64,000 bases of DNA from Lama guanicoe. Lineage: Eukaryota. The position numbers were made by a program, and so were the translations under genes. Positions 35,761 through 49,310 of the stretch are shown here, piece by piece (within the stretch, counting starts at the first letter, position 1; each line of letters begins with the position of its first letter). The stretch lies in NCBI GenBank assembly GCA_013239625.1, contig MU054026.1, positions 434,001 to 498,000 of the forward strand, given 5' to 3'. Under the pieces are notes generated by a model. The model was not told where the DNA came from and searched no databases. It saw nothing but the letters and a program-made list of their open reading frames with translations.

Positions 35761-38700
35761 AGTAGCTTCCCCCCCTGGGTTTTAGAAGCAGAGTAACTAA
35801 AGAACTTGGAATGATGCTCGTAAGTGACCACCGCTTCTGACAGCGCAACAGAGAAATCCCCAGAGCAAGTGAATCATCGGGGAATGGAGATTTCAACCTG
35901 CTTTTCCTTCTCAGCCGTCCTGTCTTTGCTGAGACCTTCCCACTTCGCTCTTTTGACATCATCTCTGTTTAAATCTCCTCTTCTGCATGTCGCTCCTCCT
36001 TGTTTGTCACTTTTCCTAATTCCAGGTCTCAGCTGTCCCCTTCCCCGTTCCTCCTAGCCTTCTGCTTTGTTTTGTCGCTTCCTGTCTGCTAACTTAGTCA
36101 TGTTTCTTCTTTCCACTCTTATTTCTCTCTTTTCCCTCTGTTCTCTCCCTGTCTTCCAATTTGCATAAACATGAAATTGAAGGGCCGTGTGTATCCTCAG
36201 CACATCTTGATTGTATTGAAGGTATTAGCCAGCTCTTAACTAAAAATAACAAGTACTGAGTATTTTTATATTTCTCCAAGGGAAGCCGTACCAAGTAAAT
36301 CAAATCCTTTTTGTTTGTAGCTCTTGATTGATGGGTTGATTTTTCTATGGGGTCTGTAATTCTCAAAAGTGATTTCCTACCACACTGTTAGTCAGTTTGT
36401 CACCTACCCACAAGGATTTTTTTAGCAAATGTTAAAAAAAAAAAAGATTCTCAACATATTTTTAATCCCGTAAAGATGGTCTGGTCACTTCTGTATTTCT
36501 CAGATTGAAACTGGATCCTATAGTCTCTTATTCAGTCCGTAGCGGAGAAGGTGGTTTTTCTCCTAATGATGCACTTGAGCGGATGGTCCTGTCGTTCCAA
36601 CTCTTCTTCCAGTTTTAATGATGTTTGTTTCCACTGTTGCTCTGTCCTTATATTCTATTTTTGTGAAGGAGAATTACCCCAAACCTGGAAATAAGGCAGA
36701 AGGAATCCTGCATCCCTTTCAGTGTCAAACTAGAGCATTTTATAACAAAGCCACCCAAGGATTATGTCACACTCTGGAAAAAAGGCAACCTTGTTGGGCT
36801 TATTTTTTATTATTTTCAGAGTCTCTAAAGTTGGATGCTAAATTAGAGAAGATTTACATGTTGCAAGTGATTTGTATTGGATAGAAAAGACACCCCCAAG
36901 AGCTATGGTTTTATTGCCTTGTAGGACATTAACCAGTTTTCAATCTAAGTTTGCAATTTCATTCTTTTTTTTTCCCCACTGACATGTATCATTTTCTCAA
37001 CTCTTTCCTCAGACCAGCTTTGCATCCTGCTGGTTCTTCATTAAAGTGTTAAATACGTCTTTGACTCATCTCTCTGTGCTCACATTTGCATTGTTGAATT
37101 TATTTGTAGTGAATTTATTGAAAAATGTTCCGATATCTCCAAATATAGCCCTAGTGACACTGTATGCTGAGACCTTCCCTTACAACTTCTGCAACATCTG
37201 GCTTGCCTTTCACAGAGGTTTTGTAATTAAGTGATTTCTATCTCTTTGTTTACAAAGAAACGTACTATTTTAGAGACAGAACCGGTTGTATACTTCTTCA
37301 ATACCCAATTCTTATCTATTAATGAAAACAGAGACAGCCTCCTTAAACGGTTATTGGATTGAATCGAATTGGGCTGAACCTGTTTCAATTGTTTCCAGCC
37401 TTTGGCTGCTAGCAATAGCTGCATGGAAAGAAAGCGTTTGCACTCACAGAATATTTGTTTTCCGAGGTCTCAAATATTGTTTCTGGGGAATATTTGCACT
37501 GGCTAGTGTTTGTTCCTGTAGCTGTCCATCGCTGGTCTAATTTTGGAACCCTTCCTGGAGTCTCTAGGTACGCTGCAGAACATATCTGAGTCATCTTGCT
37601 TAAGGCCAGTAAAACATCACGCGGTTTCCACCTTAAAGATTTATCCACATTGGGCTGGCTGCTGCCTGGAAATTATCGAAATTGTAACATTTATGCCCTT
37701 CTTTTTTGTTTGTTTTCATGTGTTGAAATTAATGTATCATTTGTGAAGACTCTAAACAGATGGGGAAAGGTCAAGGTTTCTTTGTTGCTAAGTGTGTTTC
37801 CATGGCTACGGAAGTACGTGTGTGTTATCAGAGAGCATCACTTGTTTGGCCGCGGTGGCTCATTAGGGGAGGGAGAAGCCCCGCTTTGATGGTTCTGGGT
37901 GGTTTATTTCTGTTTTACTGTTCATCTCGCTCTGAGAACCATAGTGATAGGTTGGAACACAAATAAGCCTGGTGGCTGTAGGTGGAGAAAACCCCCAGCA
38001 GCTCAACACTTCCATATAAATAACCCAAACAGTTGAATTGGGACAGCAGAGCCCAGATTAAATAAACTCTGGGTAAAAATGAGGCAGCGTCCAGACAACC
38101 ACATATCTGGGTTTTGCTTGCCTCGGGGTCCAGCACTTTGTCGAGCACCTGCCTTCTACTTCCTGGTACTGTGCTGCCAGTACCCCATTTTACTCTGGGT
38201 TTCCTGGGAAACGCCGTCTTCCACACCTGTTCTCTTGTCCTGGCTCAGGTGGTTTTGCTGTAAAGCATCTCTGGGATTGCAGCACGGAGCATGGGAAGGG
38301 GAGCACCTTGGATCAGAGGGTATAAGGACGAAGAGAATTGCCCAAGTTGGCCCCTAAGGCAGTGGCTCGCAGTGAAAATGTTGGATACAAATGCAGGGCA
38401 TACTGAGATTTAATTCAAGCAGAATCCAAGAGCTTCTGATACGGGTGAAACGTAGCAAGGAGGGTCTCAGAGCAGAAGGGGTGCTGGAAGTCAGACCCAT
38501 GACGGACTGTCTGTCTGGCTTTAAGCAGCACCCCAGTTAGTGACTACAGGTTTCAGGGACATGTGTGGCAGACTTTGCGGGATCTCATCCAGGAGAGACA
38601 GGTTCACATCGATGCTTCCACCCCGTGAGCACATGGGGTGGGCACTGGTGCCGTGGCCAGCATTCCAGACTTAGCAAGGGCAAAAGTGGTCCCCGACTCC

Positions 38701-41689
38701 CCTCGCCAGTGGATTCATGCTGTCCACCCTAGCAAAGCGCTGCCCACCTTGATAAGAACTCATTTTAGACCTGCCACGGTCCTGGGATTTATTCGTCTCT
38801 GCATCCCCAGCTTTTAGCAGCAGGGCTGTTTCTTTGCAGGGTTCAGTGAACACTTGTCAGTGAATGTGTGATGTGGGAGGGCTGAGCCGGAGGGATGAAG
38901 GATTTGTGACTCTCCCTTTGAGCGACCAGCAGAGCCAAGAACGGAGAGCCGCCATCGCCCCCGTCAGGAGCACGCCCTCGCTCTGTATCTTGGTCTCTCT
39001 GGACGATGATGGATGATGGTTCCTAGGGTGAAATTCTGGTGCACCAAGAGGTGCATTAGAGTCACAAGACTGGGGCTTTTCTCCTTTATCTGCCGCCAAG
39101 ACAGGCTGATATAGGACAGTCCTCCCTGTTTCCTGGCCTCAGTCTCTGTGGTCCGACCCAGGCCTGAGCCTCCAGGGCTTAATAGCTCTGTTTCTGATAG
39201 TTGTCATGTACGCTGAAGAATAAACAGCAGGAAATTGCCCGGTATCAGAATTTGAAAAGGAAATAAATCCAGCTTAGTTAATACCTTCAACTGATACTAT
39301 GAAAGGAACTCTGTCTCCATCTGAGAGATGAGAAGAACATGTCTGATCTTGGACCCCGCCGCTCTGTCAGTCTGGCGTCACCATGCCAGGCCCGGTTTCT
39401 TTTGGCAGCTGGCCGCGCCAGTCGTCTCTGCCTCCAGTTTTTCTCCTCGTTGGCATGTCCAGCCCACCGCTGCTGGAATTAGTTCTTCCTGTTTGATAGC
39501 AGACTGTCATTTCTGTGCTCAGAAGAGTATTCTGTGCCCCAGAACCCCTAGGATAAAGAATAAAGTCATTCACTGTCTGTTGTAAGCCATGCACGGGCCA
39601 TCTTTATTTTCCATCACCAGTAACATAAAATAGATTGCCTGGGCTGTTTGGTCCCCACCCTGACTGACCATTTTCCCTCCCTGCATGGTCCATGATTTTG
39701 GGTGCCCTCCTGCGCTCATAATGGCTGGCTCCTGGTCTGAGATGTAATCACCATCTCCCATGTCTCCTGGCTAACTTTTTATGCATATATTGGCTCCCCA
39801 CTGGCCCCCTGGGCATGCCTCTCTTGTGAGATGTCCCACATTACACTGACCTTGTCTATCTAGGGGGGGCGGGACCTATGTCACATTCATCTTGGCTCCG
39901 CGGCTCAAGGCATATACGTTTGATCAACATGAGCCAAGGTCAGACCTCTACCCATGTTATGTCTCCTTTGGGGATCTTTTCTTTTAAGTTTGTCCTCAAC
40001 CCTGATGCCTCCTGTGACTGGTGAACTACTGTTTTATCTTCCGCACGTGGTAACACATCACCTCGTTTGTGAGCCCTCACCTAGCTCTCTCCTCCCACTT
40101 AACTTCGTTGCAAGGAGTTGGACGGAAGCAGCCAGGCTACTCAGAACCACACACCTGGACCCTAGCCCAGCCTCTCAGTACATGCTTGTGGAATGAATAT
40201 TAGTAATTTTTGTTTCTAAGACACTTTAAATTTTATAAAGTCATTTAACCCGAACTATCCCTTTTGATAAAACAAGGAGATTGTACGGGTAGGGCGCCCA
40301 GTGTCAACCTTTCTTTCTTTCTTTTTTTTTTTTTTAAATACAGGAAAGGTTTAAGATTCATACCAAATGGAACCTGGCCAAGATCAGAGGTAAAAAACTG
40401 ATGTGAGTTTCAACTATTATATTTTACTTAAACTGAATTTTATTTTCCTTCCTTCCTTCCTTCCTTTCATTTTTTTTTTTTTTTTGTGGTGAGATAATCA
40501 CCAGAGTCCCCTCCTCATGGCCTCTAGAAAGCCTCCCCTCCCTCCTGGGACCACCTCAGGCCTTCACCACGATGCTTTCCCATCCCCCACCCTCCGTGAC
40601 CTCCCACTTCCCTGTTAGTTGGCAGGCCACCTGTGTGACATGTGGGGCAAGAGGGACCTGACATTTGTGGAGTTCCTAGGTGGTGAGAAATTTCACATTT
40701 GTTATGCAATTCTTACATAAACCCTTTGCTTTAGCTATTTATGATCTTCTATTAATGCATGTTGCCTATTTTGTAAATTCCTCCATGGCGAGTGTAGGAT
40801 TTGGGGCATCATTTGTATCAACTCGTGCATAAGAGAGAACAGACTGAAATTCTTCCCTTCTGACTCTGATTCCATGGTATTTCCTACAGACCACACTCTC
40901 TAATTAAGGAAGGGAGAGAGTTACAACCTCTTAGACCTGAGCAGGTCATCATAGTCTTAATAACACACATTTGAAAAATTCCTTGCATTCTCTACCTTTA
41001 GAAATTTCCTTCTTGGAAAACTGACAAGCAACCAGCCAAACACAGAAACGAAGGATCTTCTCTGGCCCAATTTGCTCTTCCCCAAACCAGAAAAGGCATG
41101 ATTTCTTTATGAAAGAGTGCATTTTTTTTTCATTCCAGTGCACTGCTGTATTTCAAAAGTACCTTTCCTTTGCAGGAAGAGTGCTTTTGGTGCGAACACT
41201 AGGTTCTTAGATAAAACGCAGCCTACCGTGGGCAAAATGACCAGGTGCCTTTCTGGAAATACCTGGCTGATATGTTGTTCTTTGATGTACCTTCTGTCGT
41301 GGGCAGCGGTTTGTTCTGCGAAGTTGAGGTACTGGGGGAGAGTAGATTTTGTCTAAGAACAAAAAAAGAGAGCATAAAATTTGGGAAAGAGGGGAAGGAC
41401 ATTTCAAAGCTATTCAGCACCAGGAATTTCATGGACGTTACTAGACAGGATATATTAGAAGTAATCTTGTGTGCTGTGGGCAAGATTACTCTATATGTGG
41501 ATTTTTTTTCTGGATTTGGAAGGTCAGTTTGACTGTTCGGATGATTGCAAAGGGCCCAACATTAAGCAAAGGTTAAGTAAATGATCACTTTCTTGGAGAA
41601 GCTTGAGAGATGAGAGAAATCTTAGAGTGATTTAGAATTTTACAATCATTGAATTAAAAGGCTCGAAGAAGTCTTAGAGAGTGTCCTCT

Positions 41690-42050
41690 AGAATTATATT
41701 TTTCAAGCCATTGGTCATAACCCTTTAGTAAGGCATAAAATCAATTTAACAACAGCATTAAAAATTAGAATAGAGGATGGGGTATAGCACTGAGGTATAG
41801 CTCAGTGGTAGAGCACATGCTTGGCATGTACAAGGTCCTGGGTTCAATCCCCAATGCCTCCATTAAGGTGGGGTGTTGGGGGAGGAATTAGAATAGAACG
41901 AAACCAAAATAGTATAGTGCACTTCACATAACAAGGTACCATATGGTTCTATGAATATTTTGTTTTTCACTCACACACACAGTGTTTGGTTTAAAACATG
42001 TTTATGTATTTCTTACAGTGGGTCATGTCAAAACGTTGAAAAACTGCTAC
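41690..42050. mobile_element. Ancient hAT-type MITE (MER-like) interrupted by a SINE
   Basis: Degenerate terminal inverted motifs (ttttcaag...ggtcataaccc / gggtcatg...ttgaaaaactgct). Confidence 0.5.
41775..41886 (+). mobile_element. tRNA-derived SINE (Vic-1-like) with rearranged head
   Basis: ggtatagctcagtggtagagc...gggttcaatcccc; TSD aattagaataga on both sides. Confidence 0.9.
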
Positions 42051-43112
42051 CCTAGACCTAACTTCCAAGAGAATAGGAAAGTATGCTTTTTTTTTTCACC
42101 ACTGAACATCCTATGCCTAGCATGGTGCCTGACCCAAACAAGGTATTCAATAACTATGTTGACTGGCCTGGACCACTCCTGTTATCATATTACTGTGGCC
42201 TAGAAAGGTGAAGTGTCTTATCTATAAAAGCCACAAAACTGGTAAGTGGAAGAGTCAGAAATTTTTGGTCCTGAGTCATGGTTTACAATGCTTTCCACAC
42301 CACCCCTCAAAAAAAAATTCTTGGTAAGAATTGTCACTGTATTGGCAACTTAAACTATTTTCCTTTATAACATGAACCCCCTTTCTAGGGATTTGCCCTT
42401 TTCCTGATCTCCCCAGTCCTTCTTGGGCCTGCCCTTCTTTGTAATAATTGGAGTAACTGATCCTGGACTTGGCGTCTGTCCTCAGATCACTGGTCATCAT
42501 CTAATCATCGGCCATCTTGCCGAGACTTTTGGTCACAGTCTTCTCCATTTTGGCCCTTGCCTTGTTGTCTTAGATCCCAAGCCCCATAACCCAGACATAG
42601 TCATCATTAACTCACACTTTTCCTTATTAATTTCAATTAGTTGTGATGATTTTGCATTCATCTACTAATATTTAAGTATTTTAATATTGTTTTCTTCTAC
42701 TAATATTTTAAATGATAAGGTGTTTAATGATGACAAAATGATTCTACAAAGAAGATTCAGAAATAAGGAGACCTTTCAGAAGACACAAACTTGAGTAATC
42801 TACATGTTAATTAGATTTTGTTCTCTCCTAAGAACAAAGGAGATGTATCTTTCATAGCAGGATGTAGAAAACCAATGGTCATCATATATTAGAGCAGCTT
42901 GTGGTGAAAACGCACGATCTTTTTTCCTGATTGGTTCTGTTCTCCATGACATCATGGCTCAGTCTGGAATCCCTCTTCGCTCCCTCCTCCAGTGCTAAGC
43001 AGCTGGCAGCTGTGGAAGGGAGGAATGGGCGCCCATCAGATAGCACGATGGAGTAGTGACTTGCGCTGATGGACGAAAGCACTGTCTGTTTTGTCCTTGC
43101 GTTTTGTTTCAG

Positions 43113-43237
43113 AGAATGGTGACTTGCTCTAGTTTTGATAATTAAATAAAAACTTTAGAACAAGGAAAGACAGAGTAACTTAAGCTTCTTAAAGAACAAA
43201 CTAAAATTTGGAGATGAAACCAGTGTTTGGAACTCAG
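43113..43237 (+). other. Candidate 5'UTR or start-codon exon of the CpG-island gene
   Basis: Strong acceptor gttttgtttcAG and donor CAG|GTAAGA; stops in all three frames early; late ATG gives MKPVFGTQ up to the donor. Confidence 0.4.
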
Positions 43238-43403
43238 GTAAGATGACATATTATACATAGAAAAAAAAAGGGTGTTGGACTAGAAGTAAAGAGACTTGCA
43301 TTTAACTCCTTGCTCTGTCTCCAAGAACCTGTGGATTTGGGACCAGTCACTTCCTATGTTTGAACCTCAGTTTCCATATGTTCAAAATGAGGATTGATAA
43401 GAC

Positions 43404-43580
43404 CAGTGGTTCTGAACTCTAGATAAACATAAGAATCACGAGGGGAATTAAAACAAAAACAAAAACTGATATGTGGGCTCTACCTGTAAAGATTCTGAAT
43501 TTAACTGGACTAGAGTAGGGTCCAGACGTAGGTATCAAGACAAAACTTCTCAGGTTATTGTAACACGTAGCAAGGGCTAG
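43404..43580. mobile_element. MER5-type hAT MITE inserted in a MIR (about 43270-43620)
   Basis: cagtggttctgaactc...agaatcacgagggga...agattctgaatttaactgg; flanking MIR core gaacctcagtttcc...aaaatgagg. Confidence 0.7.
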
Positions 43581-43986
43581 ATGATCTGTAAAGGCCTTTC
43601 AAACTCTTGACATATTATGATAATTAAAGTGCAAATGTGCAGGTATTAGGCAAAGCATTATTCTAATTGTACCAGAAATACAACTCAAACTAGAATAAGG
43701 AGACATAAAAGGAAGATATTTAATGGCCCCGGGCTTCAGGGCTTCTCAGTTTGGAATTTGTTTCCTTCTGTGGCTTGACCTCGCCTTCCCCTTGATGCTG
43801 GTGGCTTCCCGTATGTGCCGAGGGGAGCTGGCAGGTCTGGTTTCACCTGGTTCAGATTCCCTAGTGGAAAAAAGAGCTTCCTGCTAATGTCTACGCATCA
43901 GCTCTGGAGATGGGCTCTGATAGGTCTTGCCTGGATCATCTGTCCCCCTCTTAGTGTGCGGGGTTATATAAGTGACAGTCCCACTA

Positions 43987-44437
43987 TGTGGCAGCCATGG
44001 AGATGTCCTACTCAGGTCCCTCTTCTCTAGAACCTGCTGTGGGGAGCGCGGCTGATTGACTTGCCTCTAGTTGTCCCACCTTTGGATCACATCAGGCTAC
44101 ACTGTCACGGGGCTGCTCCCAGCCGATGACCAAGCACAGTGGGAGTACTCAAACCAGCCCATTTCTCCTCTTATGGGCTGTAATGAGTTCAGCGACTCCT
44201 CCCGCCTCTCCCCACATTGGCCTCAGAACCGCACTGTGGTCTCAGGTCCTTCTAACCAAGGCTTCCTTCCCTTCCTCCTCTGATAGGTGTCAAACCTGCA
44301 TCATGGGCTAAACGAATGTTCTCTGTGTCTGTTTCTCCTCACTCCTTCTTCACACCTCACAGGTGTTTCCTCCAACAAATCTCTTGCTTTCTCATCCCAA
44401 CTTGGTGTCTACTTCTGGGAGGATCTGAACTGATTCA
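43987..44437 (+). mobile_element. LTR16-type ERVL LTR
   Basis: tgtggcagccatggagatgt...cttccttcccttcctc...cttggtgtctacttctgggaggatctgaactga. Confidence 0.7.
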
Positions 44438-45516
44438 GACTAGAACCACAAGGAATGGGGATGAGATCATGCACCCAAGGGAGAGACGTCAGGTGTTCAA
44501 GAGAAAACCCATGCTCACCACAGGCTACATCTTTGGGCGTCTGGCAAGTATGGGTAACACCACGGACAGGGTGCAGAGCAAGTACCAGGGTCCAGAGCAG
44601 CAAGTCACGTCTCAAACCCTCAGGTGTCTTCTAGAGGAGGACTGACATCCTCTATCAGTGATGCCCCTAAGGATCAAGACAAAGGGATCAGGTCTTGGCC
44701 TGTTGAAGAATTTATCAAAAGGAATGAATCTGGATGCTCAATCAGAGTTGTCACGTGTGTTACTCTGAATGTTCTGCAAACATCAGCCATTGATTCCCTG
44801 GCCTTACTGACATTCCACTACCCATCTGATGTTGCCAGAGCCCATTCTGCTTATCGTTTTAATTGGAAAGAACAACAGAGAAGCACAACCTCTGTTTACT
44901 CATTGTTTGGAATCGGCAGATCTAATATTTTGTTATATATGCTTCATATTTGGTTTTTTGGTTGTTGTATAGTGGCTCTGTTTATAAGAGGAACTTTATC
45001 GGGACCAAGAAATGCAGGGTTGTTGGTGGAGAGTTAATAGAATTCTTCCACTGCTTAGCTTCACGATCTCCACCCTGTAATGCCATTGATTTTTCTTGGA
45101 GATAATCCATTTGGCATTCATTATTGTCTTTCACTATTTCTTTCTGTTGTTTAAGAGCCTCTTATTAATGTGCTAGTGTTTCCCGAGAGGATTTGCTTTT
45201 AAATTTGATGATTTTTTATCAGCTCTTCAGTGTGAGCTCCGTATTGGCTCTGATTTCCAGCTGGCAACTTGCTGAGAACAAGACGAGAAGGGGGCAGTGC
45301 CCTTGCAGTGGATTTGGGGGTGAGGAGCAGAGGTGTCCGGACCACAGGGCGCTGTGAGGGCCGCAAGAGTCACGGGTGTGAGCTATCGGGGGCCGCTGGA
45401 GGGGCACAGTGAGTGAGGAAATGGGGAGATGGAAGAAAAGTTGGGGACAGCACAGGTTTTCTTTTGGCTTTGTGATTTTGCCGAAGATCTGGCTTGGACT
45501 CTATTTGCCTTTGCAG

Positions 45517-45584
45517 GAAAAAGTACAAGAGATGCAGTGATGTCCTGAGCAGAACAGGTGCCCACGGCCTCCAGTCAGAAGGAG
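45517..45584 (+). other. Weak candidate exon
   Basis: Acceptor tttgcctttgcAG and donor GAG|GTAAAG; no protein recognised. Confidence 0.2.
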
Positions 45585-46169
45585 GTAAAGTCCAGCCCCG
45601 GGGAGGCCTGCTTGATTCACCAGTCAGAGCACGACGGTCTGAGAAGCGTGCCAGCTCTCCCGCCTGGCCACGCTGTGAAGCCAGCTGTTCCTTATTTCCG
45701 AAGCATCGAGCTGCTTCTGGACTTTGCTCCTCTGCTCAGGAATTGTATCCAGGCCCTCTCCTCTGGGTTTGCTGGATCTCCAAGCCTGCAGTCAAGCCAG
45801 CATTGGCTACTATTGATTCTTCCAACCACACTTTAACCACAGCCCGCAATTACAGCTTCACTCCTTGTTTTCAAGGGGTTTTGACGTATTCTTTGACTTG
45901 ACACTGGAAAAGAAGCCCTGCGCAGACTGGGTGGAGGCTGTTACCTGTTTGGCAGGTGTGGGCTTGAGATCTACAGAAACTGTCATAAAGCTGGTCTCAG
46001 AGGGAAGCAACGCAGCGTCTGCATCTTTATCTGTAGTTCACGGACACCAGTGTCTCAGCTCTTGGGAAGAAAGTGCACATTCCTACTTCATATTGGACAA
46101 AATTTAAACTCTAACAGAACTTTCATTATCAGTTCTTCATTCTCAAGTAACCAAATGAAGGAAAACGGG

Positions 46170-46708
46170 TGTTGGGGAAGTGCAAATTTCCTCCTACTTC
46201 TCTTAAATTCTTGTGGTTAGACTAATAATACCGTTGACACAAGGCAGATTAATAGGAGAAAAAGAAACAAATTTTAATTTGTGCACATAGAGGTCTCATA
46301 CAAATGGGACCCGAGAAGCAGCCAAACCAGATCGCTTTTATAGTCTTTAGACAAAGAAACAATACATTTGTGAGGAACTGACAGGAAAAAGAAGTGTAGG
46401 TTTTGGATGCTTAATTAGTGAAGGATCTACACGGGTTTTGGGCTGGGTTAGTGAGTTAAAGAAGTAACACGGTTTGTTCACACCAGCTTCTCACCCCGAA
46501 TTCCCTTTTCTGGTGATAAGGGGTGTCCTTTACCTCCAGAAGCAGGGGGTGAACCTTTCACATGGGAAGATTTATCTCCCGCTTTCAGGGAAATAGAAAG
46601 GAGCGTCAAAGTGTCTCTCTTGCTTTGGCCATTTCTTTAGCTACTTTAATTCAAGATAATCTGCATACCATTGTGGCGTATTATGAAGTGTCCCCCTCAG
46701 CGCCAACA
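46170..46708 (-). mobile_element. Solo LTR
   Basis: tgttgggg ... cgccaaca; TSD cggg/gggg; minus-strand ATTAAA near 46275. Confidence 0.8.
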
Positions 46709-48084
46709 GGGGCATTAGCATCCTGGGAACCAAGGCATCTACTTGATAGGGCAAAAGTAGGTGCTTGTAGGAGCAGATGGTCATATCTGTGGTTTAATAG
46801 GAGAAACATAAAAGCAGGAATGAGCAGACCTGAATTTTAATTCTGACTTTTCAGCAACTTCGCTCTGTAATACTTGTTTAACTCAGCCTTTCTGAGCTTT
46901 GCTCTCTGCTTAAGCGGGAATAATGAGCTGCCATTTACAGCCCATAGCGTTGGTCTCAGATGAAGCTGTAAAATAAAACTGTACTGCCAATTGTACAGCA
47001 CAATTCAAGTAGAAACATGTTTTCAGCATCATCTTTAAATTATCTTCACATAGAAGGACTAACACGTCTGTTGGAAAAAGGAGTGAAGAAATGAATGAGT
47101 GACTTGCTCCTGTGAAAACTCTACAGGAACTCTTGTGGTAGCTTCGCCCATCCCTCCTTCTTCCCAGTACTCACCCATTGAGGCTGATTGACTTTCCCCC
47201 TTTTCCCTTAGTCTGCCAGGCGCCCTGATCCCAAAGTGCGTGTATAGTCACCAGCCACCATTCATGATTGCTAGTGACCTTCCCCTCCGCGTGCCCTAAA
47301 ATATTGGGAGAATACTCTCTGAACCATCTGGGCTCACTTCCCACTCCTAATCCTCCCTGTACCTAGCAATGTCTAAGAAGTTGTTTGGTTAATAATAAAA
47401 CTCTAAAAACACTACGGGAGACTTGACATATTGATTCAAAGAAACTTAGAGCTAAAAGGGTCCTGAGAGTCCATCTTAACCACTCTCCTAATTTTATAGA
47501 TGCAACCGCTGAGGTTCGCAAAGTTGAAAGGGCTGCATTGGGTCCACTCAGGCAGTTAATGCAAGAACCACTAAATCCAAGACTCTGGACTGACTTAACC
47601 AGTGCAATGATCTTTCCAATTTATAGTTCTGAAAGAGGGCTGCGGAAAGAGAAAGCGGAGGGAGCCCTGGGACTGTCTGTACTTGGGACTGTCATTAGAT
47701 GGATGAATGGATTTCAGAAGGTCTGTCTTTGCTGCCCTCGCTTCTCAATTTTGAAGACCTCGCTTTAAAAACAGCTTCAGCCTATGCAGTGCCCTCAGTG
47801 CTATACCCCACTGAAGCGAACTGTTTATTCTAGGCAGTGTTGTTTTTTTGATTTATGCTTCAGGGGACTGAAGATTTAGTGCCCACCTTCTTGTTTGTTT
47901 GTATGCTTTTTATGTTTTATAGCATGAGAGAGGGAATTCGGTTGATGACCACCTGGAGAGCTTATCGGGGAAAATCCTAAAGGGTTGATTCCAACTTTGC
48001 TGAGTAAAGGGGTTGCATCAAGTCTGAGCAACCTGGAGCAGGCTAGAAAAATCTCAGTGGTCTTTTTTTGGAGGGGGGAGTTTT

Positions 48085-49310
48085 TTAAATTGAGGTCTAA
48101 TTGACATACGTTATATTAGTTTCAGGTGCACAAGATAAAGATTTGTCCATGTTGCAAAATAATCATCACAAAAAGTCTAGCCTAAATCCATCAGCATATG
48201 CAACCACAGAACTGTTTTCTTGTGATGAGAACTTTTTAAGATCTAGTCTTAACAACTGTTGAAGACACAATGCAGTATTAACTATAGCCACCATCTGTCC
48301 ATGACATCTCCATGGCTTCTTTATTTTATAACTGGAAGTTGGTACCCTTTGACTCCATCTGTGTGATCCATCCCTTACCCACTGCCTCTAGTGACTACCA
48401 GTCTGTTCTCTGGATCTATGAGCTTGATTTGTTTGCTTTTGCTTGTTTTGGGTTCCGTGTATATGTGAAATCATATGGTATTTGTCTTTTTCTGTCTGAC
48501 ATTTCACTTAGCATGATGCCCTCAAGGTCCATCCATATTGTCCCAAAGGAGAGGAGTTCTTCATTTTTTAATGGCGTAATAATATAATATTCCATTTTGT
48601 GTATAGGCCACATTTTCTTTATACATTCATCTTTCAGTGGACACTTAGGTTGTTTCTATATCTTGATTATTATAAATAATGCTGCAGTGAACATCGGGGT
48701 GCAGGTATCTTTTTGAATTCGTGTATTTATTTTTCTCAGATAACTACCCAGCAGTGGAATTTCTGGATCAGATAGTAGTTCTAGTTTCAATTTTTTGAGG
48801 AACCTCCATAATGTTTTCCACGGTGGCTGCGTTCCCACCAACGGTGCACCAGGGTTCTCTTGTCTTCACACTCTCACCAGCACTGGCTCCTTTTCGTCTT
48901 TCTGGCAATAGCCACTCTAACAGGTGTGAGGCGGTATCTCATTGTGGCTTTGGTTTGCATCTCCCTGATGATCAAGGGTGTTGAACATCCTCTCGCGTGA
49001 GCCTACTGGTCGCCTGCAGTCTTCTTTGGAAAATGTCTATTCAGATCTTCTACCCATTTTTTTAAATCAGATTTTCTTTTTGCTATTGAGTTGTATGAAT
49101 GCTTTATATATTTTGGATATTAGGCCCTTATCAGATACATGGTTTGCAAAGATTGTCTCCCATTCTGTTGGCTGCCTTTTCATTTCGTTGGTTCCCTTTG
49201 CTGTGCAGAAGCTTTTAAATTTGATGTCATCCCTCTTGTTTATTTTTTTCTTGTCTTCTTTGCTTTTGTGTCAAGTTCAAAAATCAAAACCAAGACCAAT
49301 GTCAAAGAGC
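48085..49310 (-). mobile_element. L1 3' fragment
   Basis: ORFs 48416-48613 and 48656-48841 resemble the L1 ORF2 C-terminus (WRFLKKLKLELLSDPEIPLLG...TCTPMFTAALF). Confidence 0.9.

Noticed and set aside
47772..47825. Possible pre-miRNA or snoRNA hairpin
   Set aside because: Only a 7-bp firm stem; no recognisable mature miRNA and no C/D or H/ACA boxes.
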